Assembly: GCA_025450815.1 (NCBI GenBank)
Contig: JANWLO010000014.1
Span: forward strand, 1-51,462
Source of the DNA: Gemmatimonadaceae bacterium
Lineage (GTDB): Bacteria; Gemmatimonadota; Gemmatimonadetes; Gemmatimonadales; Gemmatimonadaceae
Length of the DNA: 51,462 bases
Direction of reading: 5' to 3'
Shown: one piece after another, positions 44,627 through 51,462 of the stretch
How the letters are laid out: each line of letters opens with the position of its first letter
Position numbering within the stretch: the first letter of the stretch is position 1
Position numbers and translations under genes: made by a program
Notes under the pieces: model-generated
Told to the model about the DNA's origin: nothing
Databases searched by the model: none
Seen by the model: only the letters and a program-made list of their open reading frames with translations

Positions 44627-47002
44627 CTACTTCGGCGGATCGGGGTCGGCGATCGTTGCGGTGATCTTGAGCAGGTAGTCGTCCCCGTCGCGCGAGTTCG
44701 TCTCGAATATGATGAAGCCGCTGTCCGATGCCTGGATGCAGTGCCGGGAGCGAAACTCGACGGTGGTAATCGCGCTCTTCTGCGTGTCCAGGCGGCGCTG
44801 CATGGCGCCCACGCTCAACACCCGCCCCTGATCGCTCGGCACCGTCTCCGCGCCGAATGCGCCGAACTCCACGAAACCCTTCGGCTGATTCGCCTTGTTG
44901 AACAACTCAATGGGGAACACCGACATCTCGCGCGCCACGGCGCACGCGATCTCGTTCTTCTTCGCGTCGTCGCTCTCCTGGAAGTCCACATCGTTATCCC
45001 ACACGACGATGCGCCGCTGCCCTATCAGATCGGACGCCGCCTGATTGAGGAGCCTGCGAAAATTGTCGTCATCCAGCTGCTCCTGCAGCTTCTTGAAGTT
45101 GCCGAGCAGCTGCGGAGGCACGACGTCGCCCAGCTTCTTCTTCAACAGCTCCTTGATCGTCTTCTCGGTTTCCTGATCGAGATTGATCACACCGCCGACA
45201 GCCAGTCGTCGATCCTTCGATTGGTCCGCCGTATCCACGGACCTCTTCTCCTCCAGGAACTGTCCGAAACCCAGGCGCCGCATCCCGCTGGCGGTGATGA
45301 ACACGCCCTTCTCCGGCGGAAGGAAGAGCACGATGCCATTGTCGTCGGGGAACTGCTGCAGCGAATCGCTCGGACGATCGAAGTCCTTTGACGGGCTGGT
45401 GGTCGGAACGAAGATCATTCGCCCGTTCACGCAGACGGTCATGCGAAGATTGTCCCGCTCCCTCAGAAACGTCAGCTTGGCGAGCTTTACCGTCACCTTC
45501 TTTACTCCAGTCGACGCGCCGGGTGCGAGCCAGCCCATCGACAGCGTGAAGCCGTAGCCGTCGAAGTTGTCCGGGATGTCCTTCATGGGGATGGTGATCT
45601 TCACCATTCGCGGCAGCGAGCCATCGGCCGGCTGCACGATCTGAATCACCGGCGACTGCTGGTGCCACCTGAGCGGCGAGTCGAGGCCGGCGCCGTACGG
45701 CGCGAACTCGATCTTCTGGAGGAGTCGCGGGCGAATCACGAGCGTGTTCAGCGCAAAGTCGCCTACCGCGCCAATGTCGTAGCTGATGTCGCCGGATGGC
45801 GCGGGCGGGAGATCCACGGCGAACTCGTAGTTCTCTTCGTTGAACGGGAGATGTTTCCCGTCGAAGTTCATGTAGCCGCCCTTGCGGCACGTGAAAAACG
45901 AGAAGCGCACTACCGGAATCGGCTCGTCCGCCTCCTCGAAGAGCTGCGCCTCGTAACGCGCAGTCGCGAACGCCTTCACTGGATTGATGAGCGTCGGATG
46001 ACGGTCGTCCTCATCCTTCACACCATCCTTCAACGCGTGCGTGCAATCGTAGACGTACCGGCCGGCGGCCCAGAACCAGTCACCGGACTGCGGCCAGAAC
46101 GGCCAGCTCTTGTCGTAGAAAATCGCCGGATGCGTGAGCACGCTGCTTCCGGCATCCGTGGGAGGCGTCGAGAAGGCGCCGACATCGAGGAGGCACTCGA
46201 GATGCGCCCTCGAGCCCTCGTAGATCTCGATCGCCCGCGTCCGGTTTTCCGATGACTGGTCCGCCTCCAGACTGTTCTCCTCCGCCGTTCTGGTGTTGAA
46301 CTTCCCGATCAGATGCTTGTACCCCACCATCGGATCGACGTGAAACGCCCAGTGATAGTGGCGGCTCCACTGCGTGTACGGACGGTGATGATGGGTCTGG
46401 TAGCTTCGCAACAATCGCCCCTGCACCTCCACTTCTGCCTCGCGCCCGTTGACGACGTTGTGCGCCTCCTCCGCATCGAACTGCGGGCCGTATGCGATGC
46501 GATTAACCGGCACCCAGCTCGGGATGAACTTCATGAAGCCGCCGAAGAGCCCGGACTCGAGCAGCTTCGAGAGAAAATCCTTGAGCTCTTGCTCGAAGTC
46601 CCGTCCCGTCTTGTTCTTGAGCTGACTCTTGAGCTGATCGAGCGCCACCTTCGCGCCGGGGATCGCGTTCGTGACCGCGAGCTCCAGCCCATCGATGAGC
46701 GCGCCGACGATGGCGTTGCCGAGGATGCTCGACTTGAAATCGCTCGAGTTGCGGCAGCCGCAGTCGCGTCCTTTACCGGACGGTCCGATCTTCGCGGGCG
46801 TCGGCCCGACGTCGACTTGTGCGTCGTAGCTGCGCGAGCCCAGTCGATGAAAGGGACGGAAGAGGGGATCGTAGCGTTTCTGATCCTTGCGGAACGGTCC
46901 GTTGTTCGCCTTGAGCAGGGGCGGCGGCGCGGCGACGGTCGAGGGCGCTGGTGCGGCGCTCGCACCCGAGCTGGAGCTCGGCTCCGCGGAGTCAGGAGCC
47001 AT
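44627..47002 (-). CDS. Large hypothetical protein (791 aa), no recognisable domain; candidate PAAR-associated cargo
   Basis: Long ORF with normal, Lys/Asp/Phe-rich composition and an 11-nt overlap with the upstream OmpA/PG-binding gene. The N-terminus is Ala/Pro/Ser-rich with no signal peptide. Distinctive patches: QTHHHRPYTQWSRHYHWAFHVDP and WPFWPQSGDWFWAAGRYVYDCTH. Confidence 0.7.
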   Translation of the reverse strand: MAPDSAEPSSSSGASAAPAPSTVAAPPPLLKANNGPFRKDQKRYDPLFRPFHRLGSRSYDAQVDVGPTPAKIGPSGKGRDCGCRNSSDFKSSILGNAIVGALIDGLELAVTNAIPGAKVALDQLKSQLKNKTGRDFEQELKDFLSKLLESGLFGGFMKFIPSWVPVNRIAYGPQFDAEEAHNVVNGREAEVEVQGRLLRSYQTHHHRPYTQWSRHYHWAFHVDPMVGYKHLIGKFNTRTAEENSLEADQSSENRTRAIEIYEGSRAHLECLLDVGAFSTPPTDAGSSVLTHPAIFYDKSWPFWPQSGDWFWAAGRYVYDCTHALKDGVKDEDDRHPTLINPVKAFATARYEAQLFEEADEPIPVVRFSFFTCRKGGYMNFDGKHLPFNEENYEFAVDLPPAPSGDISYDIGAVGDFALNTLVIRPRLLQKIEFAPYGAGLDSPLRWHQQSPVIQIVQPADGSLPRMVKITIPMKDIPDNFDGYGFTLSMGWLAPGASTGVKKVTVKLAKLTFLRERDNLRMTVCVNGRMIFVPTTSPSKDFDRPSDSLQQFPDDNGIVLFLPPEKGVFITASGMRRLGFGQFLEEKRSVDTADQSKDRRLAVGGVINLDQETEKTIKELLKKKLGDVVPPQLLGNFKKLQEQLDDDNFRRLLNQAASDLIGQRRIVVWDNDVDFQESDDAKKNEIACAVAREMSVFPIELFNKANQPKGFVEFGAFGAETVPSDQGRVLSVGAMQRRLDTQKSAITTVEFRSRHCIQASDSGFIIFETNSRDGDDYLLKITATIADPDPPK

Positions 47003-48722
47003 ACTCGGTCCTCAGCCGATCGATCGTGGGATCATCGAGCTGGCCGTTCACCGTCAGCTTCTTGTCCTTCTGGAAGCGCTTCACGAATTGTGCGAGCTGC
47101 ACATCGGTCCACTCGAATGGCTTCGCGATGCCATAGCCCAAATTGAACAGCCGCTGCCGCGCGCCAAAACCCTTCTCGTCGGGAGCGACGGCCAGCTCGC
47201 CGGCATCCGGCTCGAGCTCGTCGGGCGCGCCGCTGACATCGGCCTTTCGCACGATGCGCTGCAGGTTGCCTCCGAATATCGGAAACGCCACGAACGACTT
47301 CTCATCCTTGAACGGATCCGAGAGGTCGTCCGCCTTCTCGGCCGCTGGTGCCTCGATGTCGATGGACGCTATCGGCTTCCCGTCGCTCCCCTTCTTGTTC
47401 GGATCCACCGGTGGCAGCGAGCCGAGCATCGCGGCCGCGAGGTCGAGCTTGAGCGTCATGCTCGCGATGGGGACCCAGAGCGGTAGTCCGATGATCCCTT
47501 TTGACGACGTCGTGCCACGAATCACCGGAGCGGTGTCCTCGCCCGACATCACCGCGACATAGCGCACGTTTGCCAGCGGCTTGAGCGCGCCGCCGTCGCG
47601 GCCCTGCTGTCTCGAGCCGTCGATCTTGAGCTGCAGCACCCACATCTGCAGATCGCGCTCGCACGGCGAGTGCTGCGCGAGACCATGGTAAAATCGGCAC
47701 GCGAAGGTCTTCTCGATTTGCGCGATGCGCTCATCGTGGTTGCGCACCGCCTTGCCGAAGCGCCGCCGCTTGTCTTCGATCTGCTTCAGCCGGCGATCAT
47801 TGCCATCGGACCAGAAGTGCGCGACGCACTTCCCGATTCCCTCGGATGCGCGCGGACACGGCCACTTCTTCGGATCGATCTTCGTTCCCTTCTCGAAGAA
47901 ATAGATGATCGTTCGACGATTGTCGAAGTTCGCGTCGTGCCGGCGCGCCTTCCCGTTCTCCTTGTCCTTCGCGAAGTCATCGGTTTCGCTCTTCGCGAGC
48001 ACCAGCTGGAGGTTGAAGCTGCTGCACCCCTGAAACGCACCGTGCTTATCGCCTTCGCCCAGGAAATCGGCCTTCTCGAGTTTGTACGGCGTGCCTTGCG
48101 CATCGCTGCAGAGAAAATCCATGTACTCGGCGAACAGCTTCGTCCGCAGCGCCTTGTCGTTTCGCCCCGACGGCGCAAGTCCGCGCGAGCTCTGGTAGCG
48201 TTTGATCACGCCGGCGAGCTTCTCCTTCTTGTTCGCGTCGGCAGTGAACGCCAACGCTCCGAGCATTAACTCCACCGAGTCGTCGCCCCACACGTCACCG
48301 GCGGTTTTCGAGTGGTCCGAGAAGAGGCGCTCCCACGTCGGCACATCGCGAATCAGCATCCCGAACACCGATTCGGCCCGCCGCTCGCTCAGAAACTTGT
48401 TGTAGACGACATCGCCTTCCGGATCCGCGTGACCGAAGATCGACGCTGGCGATCCGGGGTGCCGATCGATGATCCCCTTGAGCGCCGTGAACGCGTCCTT
48501 TGCCTGCGGGGCGAGCACCGACGAGTCGAATGCGTAATGCGCGCCCGGAACATCCTTGCACGCGACAGTCACCAGTGAGCGGCGGATCGCGTTGAAGTTG
48601 CTCTTTTGCGCATCCGGGAAGGGCGCAGCGAGCACCGGCAGCGTGAGCTTGGGCGGATGATCGGCAGCGATGCCGCCGTCATCCTGCTCCACCATGTCCG
48701 GGATGAATATTCCCTCACCCAT
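46992..48722 (-). CDS. OmpA-like plus PG_binding_1 domain protein without a signal peptide (576 aa)
   Basis: OmpA_C-like block YAFDSSVLAPQAKDAFTALKGIIDRHPGSPASIFGHADPEGDVVYNKFLSERRAESV. C-terminal PG_binding_1-like RQRLFNLGYGIAKPFEWTDVQLAQFVKRFQKDKKLTVNGQLDDPT. The N-terminus MGEGIFIPDMVEQDDGG is acidic and not signal-like. Confidence 0.75.
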   Translation of the reverse strand: MGEGIFIPDMVEQDDGGIAADHPPKLTLPVLAAPFPDAQKSNFNAIRRSLVTVACKDVPGAHYAFDSSVLAPQAKDAFTALKGIIDRHPGSPASIFGHADPEGDVVYNKFLSERRAESVFGMLIRDVPTWERLFSDHSKTAGDVWGDDSVELMLGALAFTADANKKEKLAGVIKRYQSSRGLAPSGRNDKALRTKLFAEYMDFLCSDAQGTPYKLEKADFLGEGDKHGAFQGCSSFNLQLVLAKSETDDFAKDKENGKARRHDANFDNRRTIIYFFEKGTKIDPKKWPCPRASEGIGKCVAHFWSDGNDRRLKQIEDKRRRFGKAVRNHDERIAQIEKTFACRFYHGLAQHSPCERDLQMWVLQLKIDGSRQQGRDGGALKPLANVRYVAVMSGEDTAPVIRGTTSSKGIIGLPLWVPIASMTLKLDLAAAMLGSLPPVDPNKKGSDGKPIASIDIEAPAAEKADDLSDPFKDEKSFVAFPIFGGNLQRIVRKADVSGAPDELEPDAGELAVAPDEKGFGARQRLFNLGYGIAKPFEWTDVQLAQFVKRFQKDKKLTVNGQLDDPTIDRLRTEYGS

Positions 48723-48758
48723 CGCGCCTGCTCCGCTCTGCGTGTCCGGTTTGCGCGC

Positions 48759-49454
48759 TCACGGAAGATCGTGATCGCCGTGAATCTCGCCGAGCTTCTT
48801 TTTCGTTGCGTCCATTTTCGATCGGTTCTTCGGATCATCGATGTCGCCATTCTGCGGTGCGATGGCGTGATCGTGCTGGAACTCCTCGATCGCCCACCGC
48901 AGCTGCTCCCGATCGAGCTCGTTGAATCCGGCGAAGTAGCCGAGATTGTTGAGCCGAGCTTGTACGCCTTTGTCGGAACGCACGGGGTCGAGCAGCCCGA
49001 TGTGGATCACGAGCAGATCGTCGGCGACCTGGAGCTCCGCGATGTCGGCGTCGTCGAGAATCTCCTGCGACAGCTTCCCCTCATTGTCCGTGTCGAGCTC
49101 GAACTCATCCTCGAGCGACTCGCGACCGTTCTTGTCCTTCGCGTCCACTCGCAGCACGCAGCTCTCGCTCGCACGCGGCTTCCCGTCGATGTCCTGTAGC
49201 TGGATGTTGAGCAGCAGCGCCGGCGACTCCAACGCGAACACGTGCCGCTCGGCGTCGTTGCCGTGCGCGACGTTCTCGGGCAGATCGGGCACGAATACGA
49301 CATCTCCCGACTCGAGGATGTGCGGGTTGTGCCGAACCTTTCGGAGGTTGGCGTTCCCCGCATCGTTCCAGATGGTCAGGAAATTGGCGAAACCGTTGTC
49401 CGCGGCGATGCTGGAGAGGGTTTCCCCCGGCTCGACCGTGTGCTGATGGCTCAT
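48759..49454 (-). CDS. LysM plus PG_binding_1 domain protein without a signal peptide (231 aa)
   Basis: LysM: HTVEPGETLSSIAADNGFANFLTIWNDAGNANLRKVRHNPHILESGDVVFVP. C-terminal PG_binding_1-like VQARLNNLGYFAGFNELDREQLRWAIEEFQHDHAIAPQNGDIDDP. Confidence 0.8.
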   Translation of the reverse strand: MSHQHTVEPGETLSSIAADNGFANFLTIWNDAGNANLRKVRHNPHILESGDVVFVPDLPENVAHGNDAERHVFALESPALLLNIQLQDIDGKPRASESCVLRVDAKDKNGRESLEDEFELDTDNEGKLSQEILDDADIAELQVADDLLVIHIGLLDPVRSDKGVQARLNNLGYFAGFNELDREQLRWAIEEFQHDHAIAPQNGDIDDPKNRSKMDATKKKLGEIHGDHDLP

Positions 49455-49551
49455 CTGATGCGTCTTGGCTATCGGGGAGGTGGCGGGCCTCGCAGATTGT
49501 AGCCTTCCGGGAGGCGAGCGGCCAGATCAATAGCCCGAATTCGAGAGACGC

Positions 49552-50136
49552 ATGCCGCCAGCAGCGCGACTGAGCGACAACCATATCTGTCCGATGCAGA
49601 CGCCCGCGGTGGTGCCGATTCCGCACGTCGGCGGTCCAATCCTGGGACCCGGCGTGCCGAACGTGCTGATCGAGGGTATGCCGGCGGCCGTCGTCGGCGA
49701 CATGTGCATGTGCGTGGGTCCACCAGCAACCATCGTGAACGGTTCGACCGGCGTCCTCATCGCCGGCCGCGCCGCCGCGCGACTCGGTGACCCCACAGCG
49801 CACGGCGGCTCGATCGTCGGCCCTGGCGCGGCCACGGTGATCATCGGCGAGATGGGGAGCGGCAATACGAAGTCGGTGATCGGCACGCCGGCGTCTGGCG
49901 AGCGGGACGATGGCAGCACCGCGGAAGGCACCAAGTCGTCGTGGATCGAGATCCAGATGAACGACCGCGGCGGGTTCGGCCTGGCCAACACCAAGTTCCG
50001 CCTCGAAACCGCGGCGGGAAAAATCATCGAGGGCGTGACGAACGGAAACGGCCTCGCGCGCGTGGAAGGGTTAGACCCGGGCAACCACAAGATCAGCTTC
50101 CCCGATCTTCCTCCCGACGGTTGGAAAAAGAAGTAG
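49552..50136 (+). CDS. PAAR-domain spike-tip protein with a roughly 95-aa C-terminal beta-sandwich (transthyretin/CarboxypepD_reg-like) extension
   Basis: MPPAARLSDNHICPMQTP..PHVGGPILGPGVPNVLIEGMPAAVVGDMCMCVGPPATIVNGSTGVLIAGRAAARLGDPTAHGG is a canonical three-repeat PAAR pattern. The tail FRLETAAGKIIEGVTNGNGLARVEGLDPGNHKISF looks TTR-like. Confidence 0.85.
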   Translation: MPPAARLSDNHICPMQTPAVVPIPHVGGPILGPGVPNVLIEGMPAAVVGDMCMCVGPPATIVNGSTGVLIAGRAAARLGDPTAHGGSIVGPGAATVIIGEMGSGNTKSVIGTPASGERDDGSTAEGTKSSWIEIQMNDRGGFGLANTKFRLETAAGKIIEGVTNGNGLARVEGLDPGNHKISFPDLPPDGWKKK

Positions 50137-50142
50137 GGCAGC

Positions 50143-51462
50143 TCAACGAGCGATCGCCGGCTCCTTCTGCCGCACGGGCTCAGGCGCCGTGCCCAACCCG
50201 CTCGGCGCCGGCTCCGGCGCGCTGATGATTCCTCGTTCCAGCCACTCGAACTCGCCTCGCAGCACCTGCTGCGACACCCGGTAGATCGCGAGATCGTTCT
50301 TGCCGAATAGATTCTCGAAGTGCGCCTCGATGCGCCGGCGCGATTCGCGGCAGAAGAGGTCAGCAAGGTCCATCGCGTTCGCGTCGCCGGTTTTCCTCAG
50401 CATTTGCGCGCGCGTGCACGCGGCACTCATCGCGAACAACTCGGCACCAATGTCCACGGCGCGGAAGAGAACCATCTGCCGCCGCTCGAGCTTTGGCCCG
50501 AGCCGCACCATCGCGTGGAAGATCGCGCGGCCGAGCTTCCGCGTGGTGGAAGCGATGAAGCGGATGTGCGGCGCGAGCGCGCCGAACTCGCCGTATCCGC
50601 CGATGCTGCCGACCCAGCGCGTGGTGTACCAAGTGGGATAGAACTTCGCCGAGCGGATGAAGGCGTCCCACTTCTGTTTTCGCGACGCCTTCGGATTGAC
50701 GATGTCGAAAGCCGTCTTGAAGTGGTGGTCCACCGCCTCGCGCGCGATGAAGAGGCGCATGATCTCCGAGGAGCCTTCGAAGATCAGGTTGATGCGGAAA
50801 TCGCGCATCGCGCGCTCCACCGGTATCGGAGCCTCGCCGCGCGCCCGCAGGGAGTCGGCCTTCTCGTAGCCCCGGCCGCCGCGGATCTGCAGGGCGTCGT
50901 CGACGATTCGCCAGCCGGCCTCCGTGTTCCAGAGCTTCGCGATCGCGGCCTCGAGCCTAATGTCGTAGCCGCCGCGGTCCGCCATCGCGCTCGTCAGCTC
51001 CGCGATCGACTCCATCGCGAACGTGTTCGCCGCCATGAGCGCGATCTTCTGCGCAATCGCCTCGTGCTTGCCGATGGGCTGTCCCCACTGCACACGATCG
51101 TTTCCCCACTCGCGCGCCACCTGCAGCATCGCCTTCGCGCCGTACGCCGCGCTCGCGGGGAGCGTGAGGCGCCCGGTGTTCAGCGTCACGAGCGCGAGCT
51201 TGAGCCCCTTCCCCTCGCCCCACAGGATGTTCTCGAGCGGCACCCGCACATTGTCGAAGTGGATGACTCCGTTCTCGATCGCGTTGAGCCCCATGAAGCG
51301 CGAGCGATGTACGATCTCCACGCCGGGCCAGTTCGTCTCGACGATGAACGCCGTGATCTGCTTCTTCGGCTTGCCGTTGACGATCGCATCCGGCGTGCGC
51401 GCCATCACGAGCATCAGCTCCGCGCGCGTGCCGTTGGTGCACCAGAGCTTCGTGCCGTTGAG
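50143..51462 (-). CDS. Acyl-CoA dehydrogenase family protein (5' end outside the window)
   Basis: ACAD middle and C-terminal patterns: TAFIVE...GVEIVHR..FMGL...NGVIHFDNVRVPLENILWGEGKGLKLALVTLNTGR and IRGGRGY. The frame stays open to the window edge (LNGTKLWCTNG...). Confidence 0.85.
   Translation of the reverse strand, partial: LNGTKLWCTNGTRAELMLVMARTPDAIVNGKPKKQITAFIVETNWPGVEIVHRSRFMGLNAIENGVIHFDNVRVPLENILWGEGKGLKLALVTLNTGRLTLPASAAYGAKAMLQVAREWGNDRVQWGQPIGKHEAIAQKIALMAANTFAMESIAELTSAMADRGGYDIRLEAAIAKLWNTEAGWRIVDDALQIRGGRGYEKADSLRARGEAPIPVERAMRDFRINLIFEGSSEIMRLFIAREAVDHHFKTAFDIVNPKASRKQKWDAFIRSAKFYPTWYTTRWVGSIGGYGEFGALAPHIRFIASTTRKLGRAIFHAMVRLGPKLERRQMVLFRAVDIGAELFAMSAACTRAQMLRKTGDANAMDLADLFCRESRRRIEAHFENLFGKNDLAIYRVSQQVLRGEFEWLERGIISAPEPAPSGLGTAPEPVRQKEPAIAR

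Noticed and set aside
44600-44627. The DUF5916/CBM9 outer-membrane protein gene starts only 26 nt after the 791-aa gene, so it might be a fifth member of the PAAR-adjacent module.
   Set aside because: It has the native Ala/Arg-rich composition, a signal-like N-terminus and a TTG start. The whole 39.8-49.5 kb stretch is co-directional with short gaps, so proximity alone is not evidence. I kept it as a neighbour, but co-transcription is not excluded.
49527-50366. 279-aa minus-strand ORF covering the PAAR gene.
   Set aside because: The + strand frame gives a textbook PAAR repeat pattern. The minus-strand product is Ser/Pro/Arg-rich with no motifs.
1-51462. Search for CRISPR arrays, IS elements/transposases, prophage genes, rRNA, and known multi-gene defence systems (RM, BREX, CBASS, Gabija and similar).
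   Set aside because: I saw no regularly spaced repeats; the only short direct repeat has two copies. I recognised no transposase/integrase motifs and no methyltransferase, cyclase or OLD/TOPRIM signatures in any long ORF. The UvrD-type helicase present is part of a canonical AddAB pair, not a Gabija-like GajB.

Overview
High-GC bacterial chromosomal segment, roughly 65-70% GC by eye. The gene content looks Gemmatimonadota/Acidobacteriota-like, but that is an inference. All calls come from motif recognition in the supplied translations; I ran no searches. I call 41 protein-coding genes plus one likely pseudogene, two tRNAs (Gln-CUG and Ala-CGC), two intrinsic terminators, one putative promoter and one short direct repeat. 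I saw no rRNA, CRISPR array, transposase or integrase. Most of the window is housekeeping or envelope content: PAP2 phosphatase, Rieske/FAD oxidoreductase, Zn-ADH, M28 peptidase, lipid kinase, TonB, RNase Z, hybrid histidine kinase, thioesterase and PLP enzymes. Four regions deserve a second look. (1) 44.6-50.1 kb holds an orphan PAAR spike-tip gene, divergent from three signal-less proteins: LysM+PG-binding, OmpA-like+PG-binding, and a 791-aa protein with no recognisable domain. No T6SS or eCIS core genes lie in the window, and the composition looks foreign. This is my best candidate for an undescribed cargo/effector module. (2) 10.7-19.2 kb is a translationally coupled four-gene operon: two tandem WYL regulators (PafB/PafC-like) followed by AddB and AddA. 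(3) 8146-8316 is a 56-codon ORF whose N-terminus matches the lasso-peptide leader spacing. It lies downstream of a secreted M28 peptidase with a PqqD-like C-terminal tail, and no maturase genes are present. (4) 19.5-25.3 kb carries a lower-GC Gp49/HigB-type toxin-antitoxin pair followed by five exported proteins of unknown function, including a lipoprotein-OmpA-lipoprotein operon. Many long Arg/Ala/Pro-rich ORFs in the track are off-frame artefacts of the high GC content and were rejected.
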